In this document: in pieces, positions 45,706-56,086 of the stretch
How the letters are laid out: the number at the start of each line of letters is the position of its first letter
How positions within the stretch are numbered: position 1 is the first letter of the stretch
Assembly (NCBI GenBank): GCA_964345385.1
Contig: CAYFQM010000003.1
Span: 1-58,342 of the forward strand
Source of the DNA: an uncultured Clostridium sp.
GTDB lineage: Bacteria; Bacillota_I; Bacilli_A; RF39; UBA660
Reading direction: 5' to 3'
DNA: 58,342 nucleotides
Made by a program: the position numbers and the translations under genes
The notes under the pieces: model-generated
Seen by the model: the letters and a program-made list of their open reading frames with translations, nothing else
Database searches by the model: none
What the model was told of the DNA's origin: nothing

Positions 45706-46295
45706 TGCTTTTACCAAAAAGTTTTGAAAACTTGGTGAAAAGTCTTGAAATTTTACCTGGAGTAGGAGAAAAAACTGCTGAGAGATATGTTTATGCTATT
45801 GAAAAAGAAGAAGCAGAAAATATAAAAAAATTAGTTAATGCAATAGATGATTTTAAAAAAAATATAAAAAAATGTTCTGTTTGCAATGTTTTATCTGATG
45901 AGGAAAAATGTCCTATTTGTAGTGATAAAACAAGAAACAACAAAACAGTTTGTATTGTTGAAAATTCTAAAACGGCTTTTTCAATTGATAAAACAAATAA
46001 ATATAAAGGTCATTATTTTGTTTTAAATGGTTTGATTTCTCCTGTAGATGGAATTAATCCAGAACATTTATATTTAGATAAATTATTAAATAGATTAAAT
46101 GACATTGAAGAGATAATTATAGCATTGAATCCTTCTATAGAAGGAGAAATAACTTCATTATATATTCAAAAAAAATTAGAAAACAAAAAAATTAAGGTTT
46201 CTAGATTATCTTATGGAATACCTGCCGGCTCTGAAATAGATTATTTAGATCCTATTATGATTTCGAAAGCATTAGAAGATAGAAAGTATTTATAA
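45705..46295 (+). CDS. recR: Recombination protein RecR
   Basis: LPGVGEKTAERY HhH, a C4 zinc finger CSVCNV...CPICSD, and a Toprim VCIVENSKT. Confidence 0.95.
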   Translation: MLLPKSFENLVKSLEILPGVGEKTAERYVYAIEKEEAENIKKLVNAIDDFKKNIKKCSVCNVLSDEEKCPICSDKTRNNKTVCIVENSKTAFSIDKTNKYKGHYFVLNGLISPVDGINPEHLYLDKLLNRLNDIEEIIIALNPSIEGEITSLYIQKKLENKKIKVSRLSYGIPAGSEIDYLDPIMISKALEDRKYL

Positions 46296-46340
46296 AAAAA
46301 TTATGTAGTTAATATTAAATTATAAACAAGGAGAATTATT

Positions 46341-47147
46341 GTGAAAAGTATAAGCGATTTTTTTAAAATTATGTTTGAAGAAAATAAATTGTCACATTCA
46401 TTTCTAATTGGAAATACTTCATTGAATAATATTTATGAAGAATTAGAAAAAATAATTTCTTTATATGTTTTTAGTGAAAAAACAACCTTAAAAAACAATC
46501 CTGATATTCATATTATAAAAACAGAAGAAGAGAATGTAAGCAAATACAAAATTAAACTTCTAATAAATAAATTAAGAACTACTTCACAATTATATAATAA
46601 AAAAGTATATATTATTTCTGGCGTAGAAAATTTAAATGATCATGTGTATAATACTATGTTGAAAACTCTTGAAGAACCAGGAAATAATATATATGCATTT
46701 TTAATTTCTTCTAATATTGATATGGTACCAGAAACAATTAAAAGCAGATGCCAAATTATATTTGTTTCTACAGAAAATGAATATACTACAAATCAAGAAA
46801 TATATAAACTTGCTTACGAATTTATTAATAAAATTGAAACAACAGGTTACAAATCAAGCTCGTATTATAATGAAATTTATAAAAAAATAGAAAATAGGGA
46901 TATGTTTAAAAATGTTCTTCAAGAAATGTATTTAATATATTTTAATTTAATGTATAATAAAATTGGAATTTTAGGTAAAGAAAAAGATAATAAATTATTA
47001 AGTTTGTCAACAGACTCTTTATGTAAAAAAATATTAACAATAAATTCTTATATAGAAAAAAACAAAATTAATTTTAATAAAGATTTATTAATTGATAAAT
47101 TAATACTAGATTTATGGAGGTGTAATGATGAAATTAGTGTGGGTTGA
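46341..47147 (+). CDS. holB: DNA polymerase III delta-prime subunit (divergent)
   Basis: 268 aa. ...HSFLIGN..., NTMLKTLEEP and IKSRCQIIF. The position after recR is conserved. Confidence 0.65.
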   Translation: MKSISDFFKIMFEENKLSHSFLIGNTSLNNIYEELEKIISLYVFSEKTTLKNNPDIHIIKTEEENVSKYKIKLLINKLRTTSQLYNKKVYIISGVENLNDHVYNTMLKTLEEPGNNIYAFLISSNIDMVPETIKSRCQIIFVSTENEYTTNQEIYKLAYEFINKIETTGYKSSSYYNEIYKKIENRDMFKNVLQEMYLIYFNLMYNKIGILGKEKDNKLLSLSTDSLCKKILTINSYIEKNKINFNKDLLIDKLILDLWRCNDEISVG

Positions 47148-47934
47148 ATTTAAAGAAAAAGAAAAACAATATTTGTTTAATTGTAACAATTTTGATATAA
47201 ACCCTGGAGATTATTTAATAGTTGAAACAAAAAGAGGATTACAACTTGGTAAAGCAATAAATATAGTTGAAAATGATAAAAAGGAACACTCAAATGTTTT
47301 AAAAAAAGCCACTAATAAGGATGTTATACATCATAAAGAAAATTTAAAAGAAGCAAAAGAAGCCATAAAAGTAGCTCAAGATATTGCTGATGAAATGAAT
47401 TTAGAAATGAAATTTATTGATGCATATTATACTTTTGATAGAAAACAATTAATTTTTAGTTTTTTGGCTGATTCAAGAATAGATTTTAGAGAGTTAGCTA
47501 AGTCTTTGGCAGGAATATATAAAACAAGAATTGAATTAAGACAGATTGGAGTAAGAGATAAAGCAAAAGAAGTTTCGGGTATAGGTTGTTGTGGTAGAAA
47601 AATATGTTGTTCATCATTTTTAAATGATTTGGATTCTGTAAGTATTTCCATGGTTAAAAATCAAAATTTGTCATTAAATCCAACTAAAATTAATGGATTA
47701 TGTGGAAGATTATTATGCTGTTTAAAATTTGAAGATGAATTATATACTGAATATAGAAAAAAAATACCTTCAATTGGAGAAAAAGTAAAAGAAAAAGATG
47801 GTTTTGAGGGAACTGTTACATCAATAGACATTTTAAACAAAAAATATATTGTAGTAAATAATAATAATGAATTTAGAGAATATTTTATAAAAGATAGATG
47901 TGATAAATGTGAAAAAACAGGTAAAAATAAATAA
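47125..47934 (+). CDS. ricT: PSP1-domain protein RicT (YaaT)
   Basis: ...YTFDRKQLIFSFLADSRIDFRELAKSLAGIYKTRIELRQIGVRD..GIGCCGRKICCSSFL (PSP1 C-terminal domain with Cys cluster). Confidence 0.85.
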   Translation: MMKLVWVEFKEKEKQYLFNCNNFDINPGDYLIVETKRGLQLGKAINIVENDKKEHSNVLKKATNKDVIHHKENLKEAKEAIKVAQDIADEMNLEMKFIDAYYTFDRKQLIFSFLADSRIDFRELAKSLAGIYKTRIELRQIGVRDKAKEVSGIGCCGRKICCSSFLNDLDSVSISMVKNQNLSLNPTKINGLCGRLLCCLKFEDELYTEYRKKIPSIGEKVKEKDGFEGTVTSIDILNKKYIVVNNNNEFREYFIKDRCDKCEKTGKNK

Positions 47935-48649
47935 TTTAGTTAATTTTAAAAATATTAAAATTTTCCAACATGATGATTATTTTAAGGTGAGTTTAGATTC
48001 TATATTATTAGCAAATTTTGTTAATATTAATAGTGGCAAATTAAAAATTATTGATTTATGTACAGGAAATGCACCTATACCTTTAATATTATCTACTAAA
48101 ACAAAATCATTAATATATGGTGTTGAATTACAAAAAGAAATATATAATTTAGCTGTGGAAACTGTAAAATATAATAAATTAGAAAAACAAATAAAATTAA
48201 TTAATAATGATATAAAAAAAATATATAAAGAGATTGAAACAGATTGTTTTGATATTATTACGTGTAATCCACCTTACTTTAAAAAAAACAATAAAAGTAA
48301 TTTAAATAATAATAAAGTAAAAGCTATTGCAAAGCATGAAATAAATATTAGTTTAAATGATATTATTTTAATATCAAAAAAATTACTTAAAAATAAAGGG
48401 GATATATATTTAATTCATAAAACAGAAAGATTAATTGATATTTTAGAATTGATGAAAAATAATACTTTAGAACCCAAAATAATTAGATTTATATATCCAA
48501 AACAAGAAAAAGAATCTAATTTAGTATTAATTTCCGGAAAGAAAAATGGAAAAAGAGGAATTAAATTATTAAAACCTTTGTTTATCCATAATGATGATGG
48601 ATCATATACTGAAGAGGTTTTAAAAATGTTTTCTATGGAGGAATTATGA
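47900..48649 (+). CDS. SAM-dependent N6-adenine methyltransferase (YabB/TrmN6-like)
   Basis: SLDSILLANF, DLCTGNAPIPL, and the catalytic motif CNPPYF. The start is uncertain: GTG at 47900 or 47909 overlaps the ricT end. Confidence 0.75.
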   Translation: MINVKKQVKINNLVNFKNIKIFQHDDYFKVSLDSILLANFVNINSGKLKIIDLCTGNAPIPLILSTKTKSLIYGVELQKEIYNLAVETVKYNKLEKQIKLINNDIKKIYKEIETDCFDIITCNPPYFKKNNKSNLNNNKVKAIAKHEINISLNDIILISKKLLKNKGDIYLIHKTERLIDILELMKNNTLEPKIIRFIYPKQEKESNLVLISGKKNGKRGIKLLKPLFIHNDDGSYTEEVLKMFSMEEL

Positions 48650-49485
48650 TTCAAAAGAGTTATAAAAAAAATAACTTAGGAAATCTATATTTAGTTCCAA
48701 CACCAATTGGAAATTTAAGTGATATAACAAATAGAGCAATAGAAGTGTTATCAAAAGTAGATAAAATATATGCAGAAGATACTAGAGAATCTAAAAAACT
48801 TTTAAATTCTTTAAAAATAAGCAATAAAATAGAATCTTGTCATAAATATTCAGAAACAAAAAGAAAAGAAAAAATAGTTAATGAGTTAAAAACAGGAAAA
48901 AATTTAGCATATATTAGTGATAGAGGAACCCCATTGATAAGTGATCCTGGTCAAATAATTGCAGACTATGTCATAAAAAAAAGTTTAAATGTTATAGCTC
49001 TTCCTGGACCAAGTGCGTTCTTACCTGCGCTAAATATGAGTGGTTTATCAAATGATAAATTTTTGTTTTATGGATTTTTAAGTAGTAAACAAAAAGAAAG
49101 AATAGAAGAATTAAAAAAACTATACACTTTTCCACATACTATAATTTTTTATGAGGCGCCTCATAGAATAAATTTAACACTAATTGATATGAAAAATATA
49201 TTTGGTAATAGAAAAGTTTCAGTTTCTCGTGAAATAAGTAAACTTCATGAAGAAATATTTAGAGGAACTCTTTTGCAGGCAATAGAATATTCTGAAAATA
49301 TTAAAGGAGAAATAGTTATAGTTGTAGAAGGATTAAAAGTTAATATAAGTAACATTGACTATGTTTTAGAGGTAAAAAAACTAATAAAAAAAGGTTATAA
49401 ACCATCTAATGCTATTAGAGAAATAGCAACAATATATGGAATATCAAAAAACAAATTATATAATGAATGTGAGGATATATTATGA
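48646..49485 (+). CDS. rsmI: 16S rRNA (cytidine1402-2'-O)-methyltransferase
   Basis: LYLVPTPIGNLSDIT, SDRGTPLISDPG, and ALPGPSA. It ends with TGA overlapping the pth ATG. Confidence 0.9.
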   Translation: MIQKSYKKNNLGNLYLVPTPIGNLSDITNRAIEVLSKVDKIYAEDTRESKKLLNSLKISNKIESCHKYSETKRKEKIVNELKTGKNLAYISDRGTPLISDPGQIIADYVIKKSLNVIALPGPSAFLPALNMSGLSNDKFLFYGFLSSKQKERIEELKKLYTFPHTIIFYEAPHRINLTLIDMKNIFGNRKVSVSREISKLHEEIFRGTLLQAIEYSENIKGEIVIVVEGLKVNISNIDYVLEVKKLIKKGYKPSNAIREIATIYGISKNKLYNECEDIL

Positions 49486-50060
49486 AATTAATTGTAGGGT
49501 TGGGAAATCCAGGAATAAAATATAAAAAGACAAGACATAATATTGGTTTTATGATAATAGATTATTATTCTAAGAAAAACAAATTAAATTTTAAAGAAAA
49601 ATTCAGTGGGTTATATTGCGAAACAAAAATAAATGAAGAAAAAGTTATATTATTAAAGCCCAAAAGTTATATGAATAATTCTGGCGATGTAGTAAAAAAA
49701 TATGTTGATTATTATAACATAGAAATAAAAAATATATTGGTTTTTTATGATGATATAACATTTGAGGCAGGTACATTTAGAATAAAAAAAGATGGATCAT
49801 CAGCTGGTCACAATGGGATTAGTGATATAATTTTAAAATTAGCCACAAAAGATATTCAAAGAGTCAGAATAGGAACTGGAAAAAACAATATAAATTTAGT
49901 TAATTATGTACTAGGCAAAATTCCTCAAAAAGATATGTGTAAAATAAACGATATTATCCCAATATTATCTCAAATAATAGATGATTTTATGGTATTAAAC
50001 ATCGAACAATTAATGCAAAAGTACAATAAGAAAGAAATAAATGAAAACTCAAATATATAA
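49482..50060 (+). CDS. pth: Peptidyl-tRNA hydrolase
   Basis: MKLIVGLGNPG..Y..TRHNIGF, SYMNNSG, and GHNG. Confidence 0.95.
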   Translation: MKLIVGLGNPGIKYKKTRHNIGFMIIDYYSKKNKLNFKEKFSGLYCETKINEEKVILLKPKSYMNNSGDVVKKYVDYYNIEIKNILVFYDDITFEAGTFRIKKDGSSAGHNGISDIILKLATKDIQRVRIGTGKNNINLVNYVLGKIPQKDMCKINDIIPILSQIIDDFMVLNIEQLMQKYNKKEINENSNI

Positions 50061-53000
50061 TAAAATATTTGACTTTGATATAACTAAAACTAAAAATATA
50101 TATATATCAAAAAATGAAATTTATAATCAACTATTATTATATATATATTTTAATACTGATCAAAATTTATTGTTGGTTTTTTCAACTTTAAATGAAGCAA
50201 CAGAAGTATATAGAGCACTTAAAAATTATATAGATGAAGTGTATATTTTTCCTGAAGATGATTTCATTACAAAAACGGCAGTTGCGACCTCACCAGAACT
50301 GTTATTTTTAAGATTAAATTTATTATATAATATTAAAAAAAATACTAAAAAAATAGTAATTGTTCATTATAATAGTTTTATAAAAAAATTACCTAATAAA
50401 AATGAATATAATAATCAAAAATTAGAGTTATCAATTGGAAAAGAGATTAAAAGAGAAAAATTAATAAATAATCTGTTAGATTTAGGTTATAAAAAAGAAA
50501 GCCTAGTAACTAATACTTCAGAATTTTCGGTAAGAGGGTATGTTATAGATGTTTTTCCTATTCATGAAGAAAAACCATTTAGAATAGAATTTTTTGATGA
50601 TGAAATAACTAAAATAATTAATTTTGATACATTAACACAGTTATCAAGTAAATATAAAGAAACAAAAAATCTTGCTATTTATTCGGTAAAAGAAAGCTTT
50701 GGAGAAGAAAACAGCAACATAATTGAATATTTGAATAATCCTATAATAATATATACGAATTATAATGAAATATTAAAAGTGGAAAAAGCATTAATTCCTC
50801 AAATCAATTATTTAAATATTAAAAACAAATTATTTGATTTAAAAAAACTTAAAACTAAAAACGATATATATATTAATACAGTTGATAATGAAGGCAAGTA
50901 TGATTTGAAAATAGAAGCAATAACGATTGAAAATCATTTGGATAATAAAAAAACATTTTATGATAGTGTTATGAAAAACAATGGAATTGTGTTTTCTTTG
51001 AATGATAAAGTAATTAATGAGTGTAGTAAAAACAATATAACAGTTTATAAACAATATTTACATAGTAGTTTTAAATACAAGAATGTTTCGTATTATTCTT
51101 CAAACGAAATTGTTAATTTAAATAAGCAAAACAAACAAACTTCATTATATAAATACGGAAGCAAAATAAATGAGTTAGATAAAATAAAAAAAGGAGATTA
51201 TGTAGTTCATAAAAAGTCTGGGATTGGTATATATGGCGGTATAAAAACCATTTTAAAAAACGGATTAAAAAAAGATTATGTGTTAATTTTATATAAAGGA
51301 AAAGATAAATTATATGTTCCGGTAGAAGATATAAGCAAATTATATAAATATTCTGGAAAAGAGGGAGCAAAACCTACAATACATAGATTAAATAGTGTTG
51401 AGTGGGTTAAGACAAAACTTAAAATTAAAAAAAGAATAAGAGATATAACAAACGAATTAATAAAAATATATAAAGAAAGAAGTAAAGCTAAAATTAAACC
51501 TTTTTCAAAAGATGATGCAAGTCAACTTTTGTTTGAACATGAATTTGAATATGAAGAAACTCTAGATCAATTAAAAGCAACAATTGAAATAAAAAAGGAT
51601 TTAGAAAAAAATATACCAATGGAAAGACTTTTATGTGGGGATGTTGGTTATGGAAAGACAGAGGTAATTTTTCGGGCAATATATAAAACAGTAATGAATA
51701 ATTACCAAGTAGCGTATTTGTGTCCAACTACAATTTTATCTTTTCAACAATATAATAATGCAATAGAAAGATTTAAAAATTATGGTGTTAATATAGATAT
51801 AATAAATCGTCATTTTACAGAAAAACAAGTAAAAGAAAAAATTGAAAATTTGAAAGAAGGAAAAACAGATGTTATTTTTGGTACTCATAGATTACTAAGC
51901 AAAGATATAATTTTTAATAGGTTAGGTTTGTTAATTATTGATGAAGAACATAGATTTGGGGTAGAACAAAAAGAAAAAATTAAATCTTTAAAATCTAATG
52001 TTCATGTTCTTTCTGTATCTGCAACTCCAATACCTAGATCATTACAAATGTCTTTGGTAGGAATAAGAGATATGTCTTTATTGGATACAGCTCCTAAAAA
52101 TAGATATCCTGTTCAAACTTATGTTATAGAATATAATGAAATGTTAGTTAGAGAGGCAATACTTAAAGAAATGTCAAGAAAAGGACAAACCTTTATTTTA
52201 TATAATAGAATAATTAATATGGAATTTACATTTGAAAAAATAAAAAAGTTAGTACCAGAAGCTAGAATATGTTATGCGCATGGACAAATGAATAAAGAAA
52301 AACTACAAGACGTAATAATTGATTTTAATAATTATGTATATGATGTATTAGTAAGTACTACAATAATAGAAAATGGTATTGATATACCAAACGCTAACAC
52401 AATAATAATTATGGATTCTGATCAGTTGGGTTTAGCTCAATTGTATCAACTTCGTGGTAGAGTTGGAAGAAGTGATAAAATTGCATATGCATATTTAACT
52501 TATAAAAAACAAAAAATATTAACAACCACTGCAAAGCAAAGATTAGATGCAATTAAAGAATTTACAGAATTAGGAAGCGGTTATAGAATTTCTATGAGAG
52601 ATTTAGCAATAAGAGGTGCAGGAGATATTTTAGGAAGTGAACAAGCGGGTTTTATTGATTCTGTTGGTGTAGACATGTATATGGATTTAATTAATGAAGA
52701 AATAAATGGTATAGAAGATAATATAGAAGAAGAAATATTGCCTATAGATGTTCAAACTCATATTGATGAAAGTTATACAAATGATAACTCCATTATTATA
52801 GAACTGCATAAAAAAATAAATAATATTAAAAAGAAAAAAGATTTTGAAGAAGTATATAATGAGATAAAAGATAGATTTGGAAAAGTTGATGAAAATTTAA
52901 AAATATATATGTATGAAAAATATTATGAACAATTAATTCAATTATTGAAAATTCAATTATTTGAGAATGATGATTTAAAAATAACTTTTAAATTAAAAAA

Positions 53001-53202
53001 AGAGTTTTTCAAAAACATAAATATAGATTATTTATTTTTTGAAACACAAAAAATAAGTGAAAAGTTTAATTTTAAGTGTAAAAATAATATAATATATATA
53101 ACGTTATTAAAAGGCACTCTTGATAAACATTATATATATTATTGTGTATTGTTACTTGAATTAATAATGAAAATAAAAAATAAAGGAGATAAAAATGTTT
53201 GA
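50041..53202 (+). CDS. mfd: Transcription-repair coupling factor
   Basis: 1053 aa. CarD-like GDYVVHKKSGIGIY, helicase motifs GDVGYGKTEV, IIDEEHRFG, SATPIPRS, and QLRGRVGRS. Confidence 0.95.
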   Translation: MKTQIYNKIFDFDITKTKNIYISKNEIYNQLLLYIYFNTDQNLLLVFSTLNEATEVYRALKNYIDEVYIFPEDDFITKTAVATSPELLFLRLNLLYNIKKNTKKIVIVHYNSFIKKLPNKNEYNNQKLELSIGKEIKREKLINNLLDLGYKKESLVTNTSEFSVRGYVIDVFPIHEEKPFRIEFFDDEITKIINFDTLTQLSSKYKETKNLAIYSVKESFGEENSNIIEYLNNPIIIYTNYNEILKVEKALIPQINYLNIKNKLFDLKKLKTKNDIYINTVDNEGKYDLKIEAITIENHLDNKKTFYDSVMKNNGIVFSLNDKVINECSKNNITVYKQYLHSSFKYKNVSYYSSNEIVNLNKQNKQTSLYKYGSKINELDKIKKGDYVVHKKSGIGIYGGIKTILKNGLKKDYVLILYKGKDKLYVPVEDISKLYKYSGKEGAKPTIHRLNSVEWVKTKLKIKKRIRDITNELIKIYKERSKAKIKPFSKDDASQLLFEHEFEYEETLDQLKATIEIKKDLEKNIPMERLLCGDVGYGKTEVIFRAIYKTVMNNYQVAYLCPTTILSFQQYNNAIERFKNYGVNIDIINRHFTEKQVKEKIENLKEGKTDVIFGTHRLLSKDIIFNRLGLLIIDEEHRFGVEQKEKIKSLKSNVHVLSVSATPIPRSLQMSLVGIRDMSLLDTAPKNRYPVQTYVIEYNEMLVREAILKEMSRKGQTFILYNRIINMEFTFEKIKKLVPEARICYAHGQMNKEKLQDVIIDFNNYVYDVLVSTTIIENGIDIPNANTIIIMDSDQLGLAQLYQLRGRVGRSDKIAYAYLTYKKQKILTTTAKQRLDAIKEFTELGSGYRISMRDLAIRGAGDILGSEQAGFIDSVGVDMYMDLINEEINGIEDNIEEEILPIDVQTHIDESYTNDNSIIIELHKKINNIKKKKDFEEVYNEIKDRFGKVDENLKIYMYEKYYEQLIQLLKIQLFENDDLKITFKLKKEFFKNINIDYLFFETQKISEKFNFKCKNNIIYITLLKGTLDKHYIYYCVLLLELIMKIKNKGDKNV

Positions 53203-53971
53203 TACACATGTTCATTTATTTAAAGAGTTTTATGATTTACCAATAAGAAAAATATTGGAATTTAACAAAATGAAAGGAATAATTGGAGTGGTTAGTTGTG
53301 CTGACTCAATTAGAACATGTAAAGAAACTGTTTTATATGTTAAAAAATATTGGAATCATGTTTATGGTGCTGTTGGTATACATCCACAGAATGTAGATGA
53401 ATTGTCTAATGAAAACCTTGAAATTATCGAAGAATTAGCTAAAACAAAAGGAATTGTTGCAATTGGAGAAATTGGGTTAGACTATTATTATAAACCTACT
53501 GAAGAAGAAAAACTAAAGCAAAAAGAATTATTTGAAAAACAAGTACAATTAGCAGTAAAACTTAATTTACCAATTATTGTTCATACAAGAAATGCGATAG
53601 AAGATACTTTTAATATAATAAGTAAATACAATGTGAAAGGAGTTATACATTGTTACAGCGGAAGTGTAGAAATGGCAAAAAAATTTATTAATAGAGGTTT
53701 TTTGTTAGGTATAGGTGGAATTGTAACTTTCAAAAATTCAAAATTATATAAAGTTGTTCAAGAAATAGACATTGAAAATATATTGTTGGAAACAGATAGT
53801 CCTTTTTTATCACCAGAACCTGTTCGAGGAACAATAAATACTTCAAAAAATGTTATACATATTGCTGTTAAAATAGCAGAAATAAAAAACATGAAGTTAG
53901 AAGAGGTAGTAACACAAACAACATATAATGCTGATAGAATTTTTGACTTAGGAATAAGATTAGTAGTATAA
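53195..53971 (+). CDS. tatD: TatD-family metal-dependent hydrolase
   Basis: MFDTHVHL, GEIGLDYY, IVHTR, IHCYSG, and ETDSPFL. Confidence 0.9.
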   Translation: MFDTHVHLFKEFYDLPIRKILEFNKMKGIIGVVSCADSIRTCKETVLYVKKYWNHVYGAVGIHPQNVDELSNENLEIIEELAKTKGIVAIGEIGLDYYYKPTEEEKLKQKELFEKQVQLAVKLNLPIIVHTRNAIEDTFNIISKYNVKGVIHCYSGSVEMAKKFINRGFLLGIGGIVTFKNSKLYKVVQEIDIENILLETDSPFLSPEPVRGTINTSKNVIHIAVKIAEIKNMKLEEVVTQTTYNADRIFDLGIRLVV

Positions 53972-53987
53972 TACATAAGTAAGAGAC

Positions 53988-54545
53988 ATGAAAAAATATA
54001 GAGAAAGAAAAATTATTTCAATTTTCCAAATAATAACGATGTTCTTTATTATGTTTTTTTTATTAAATGAAAATTTAGATAGAACAAATACATCTACCTC
54101 TATAAATGAAAATTTATATAATTATCTTGATTCAAGTATAATTACTAAAAGTCAAGGAGAATTATATAAGATAGGGTTATATAATGCTAAATATTCTTTT
54201 GTTGGAGATTTAACTGCATATGCAGGAGATTGCCCGCTATGTTCAGGAGTGGTAGCGTGTCCTCCAAGAATTAATGTGCTTAAAGAAGGAATCTATTTTG
54301 AAGATAAAGTATATGGAACAGTAAGAATTGTTGCAAGTAGTAGAAAGCATTCTTGTGGAACAATAATTAGGTTCACAGTTAATAAAATATCTAATGAACC
54401 AATAATAGCTATAATATTAGATAGAGGTGTAGGTAACAATGATATAGATCTTTTAGTTGAAAATGAAGAATATGCATCAAAAAAAGTAGGAAGAGTGATA
54501 AACCAAACGTTTGAAGTTTTAAGAGAAGGTTGGAATAATGAATAA
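53988..54545 (+). CDS. Membrane-anchored 3D (RlpA/MltA-like double-psi barrel) domain protein
   Basis: N-terminal TM, then FVGDLTAYAGDCPLCSG...GTVRIVASS...IAIILDRGVGNNDIDLL. It occupies a YabE-like position. Confidence 0.6.
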   Translation: MKKYRERKIISIFQIITMFFIMFFLLNENLDRTNTSTSINENLYNYLDSSIITKSQGELYKIGLYNAKYSFVGDLTAYAGDCPLCSGVVACPPRINVLKEGIYFEDKVYGTVRIVASSRKHSCGTIIRFTVNKISNEPIIAIILDRGVGNNDIDLLVENEEYASKKVGRVINQTFEVLREGWNNE

Positions 54546-55323
54546 AAAATTCAAATTTAAAAAATCACTAGGTCAAAACTTTTTAGTAAATGAAGATATA
54601 ATTAATTCAATAGTTGAAACAATAATAGTGAAAAAAAACACATTAATTATTGAAATAGGTTCTGGCGAAGGAGCTTTAACAAAGAAATTAAAAAAATTGA
54701 ATTGTGAGCTGTATTCATTTGAAATAGATAAACGATTAGAAAAAAAACTAAACTATTTAAGTGATAATAAAACATATATAATATATGAAAACTTTTTAGA
54801 AGTAGATTTAAAAAGATTCTTAGAAGATAAAAAGTATGATAATTTGGTTTTCGTTGGTAATTTACCATATTATATAACTACACCTATAATAAAAAAAATC
54901 ACAGAAGAAACAAAAGCAGATCAATTAATAGTAATGGTTCAAAAAGAATTAGGACTTAGATATATGGCAAGGCCATCAACTTCTTTATATGGCTCAATAT
55001 CTGTTTATTTGCAATACCACTATGACATTAATAAAGTAATAGATGTTGATAGAAGCAATTTTTATCCTATACCAAAAGTTGATAGTGTGGTTTTAAATAT
55101 GTTATCAAAAAAAAATAAAGAAATTAATGGAGAAAAATTTAATGATTTAGTAAAAGACTCTTTTAAATATAAAAGAAAAACATTAAAAAACAATTTAAAA
55201 AATTATGATTTGGAAAAAATAAACACTGTTCTTAAACAAAAAAAATTATCATTATCAAATAGAGCAGAAAATGTAAGCGTAGAAGTGTTTATTGATATAT
55301 ATAAAGAAATAATTAAAAAATAA
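54538..55323 (+). CDS. rsmA: 16S rRNA (adenine1518/1519-N6)-dimethyltransferase
   Basis: KKSLGQNFLVNEDI, EIGSGEGALT, and VGNLPYYITTPI. Confidence 0.95.
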   Translation: MNKKFKFKKSLGQNFLVNEDIINSIVETIIVKKNTLIIEIGSGEGALTKKLKKLNCELYSFEIDKRLEKKLNYLSDNKTYIIYENFLEVDLKRFLEDKKYDNLVFVGNLPYYITTPIIKKITEETKADQLIVMVQKELGLRYMARPSTSLYGSISVYLQYHYDINKVIDVDRSNFYPIPKVDSVVLNMLSKKNKEINGEKFNDLVKDSFKYKRKTLKNNLKNYDLEKINTVLKQKKLSLSNRAENVSVEVFIDIYKEIIKK

Positions 55324-55398
55324 AACAAATATTTAAAAAACTTGATATTGATAAAAATATGTTGTAAAATAATTATAGCTATATGTAAGGAGGTACCT

Positions 55399-55677
55399 AT
55401 GGAAATTACATCAGTTCAAATTCGTAGACCTAAAGAGGTTAGAGAAAACACTAGAGTAAGAGCTTATGCAACAGTGGTTGTTGATGATTCGATTGCTATC
55501 CATGATATTAGAGTTATAGAAGGTGATTCTAATTTATTCATAGCTATGCCAAGTCGTAAAACACCAATGGGTGAACACAAAGATATTGTGCATCCAATAA
55601 ATCAAGAAGTCAGAACTCTATTTGAAAAAGCTATTCTTGATGCTTATGAAAACACAGAAGAAGAACCTACTGAATAG
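55399..55677 (+). CDS. spoVG: SpoVG family protein
   Basis: The ATG at 55399 has an AAGGAGG SD. MEITSVQIRR...RAYATVVVDDSIAIHDIRVIEG..LFIAMPSRK. Confidence 0.92.
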   Translation: MEITSVQIRRPKEVRENTRVRAYATVVVDDSIAIHDIRVIEGDSNLFIAMPSRKTPMGEHKDIVHPINQEVRTLFEKAILDAYENTEEEPTE

Positions 55678-55684
55678 ATAATTA

Positions 55685-55711
55685 AAGAAATTATAATAAT
55701 TTCTTTTTTTG
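55685..55711 (+). terminator. spoVG terminator
   Basis: aaagaaatta taa taatttcttt (10-bp stem) followed by tttt. Confidence 0.7.
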
Positions 55712-55795
55712 TTTACAAAAACAATGTAAATAAAGTTATTAATAATTGTTTTAAGTATAACTTTACTTTATAATATAATAAAGTAGGTAATTGAT

Positions 55796-56086
55796 GTGAA
55801 AAAGTATACTATTAAAACTAGAATTAGATTAATGTTGTTTAGTGTGGGGGCTATTTTATCTTTTGGTTTTTTTGTGTATACATTTTTTAATTCATTTATG
55901 AAAGTTTATAATAATAAAAAAGAGGTTACATATTTAACTAAAGTGTTGAATGAGAAAAGAGAAGAAGAAGAACAATTAAAATTAGATATTGGAAAATTAA
56001 AGGATAGTGAATATCTCGCAAGGTATACAAGAGAAAGATATTTATATTCTGGTGATAATGAAATTATAATTAAACTTGATGAATAA
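55796..56086 (+). CDS. divIC: Septum formation initiator (DivIC/FtsB family)
   Basis: 96 aa with one TM and a coiled coil (EKREEEEQLKLDIGKLKD), then SEYLARYTRERYLYSGDNE. GTG start. Confidence 0.75.
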   Translation: MKKYTIKTRIRLMLFSVGAILSFGFFVYTFFNSFMKVYNNKKEVTYLTKVLNEKREEEEQLKLDIGKLKDSEYLARYTRERYLYSGDNEIIIKLDE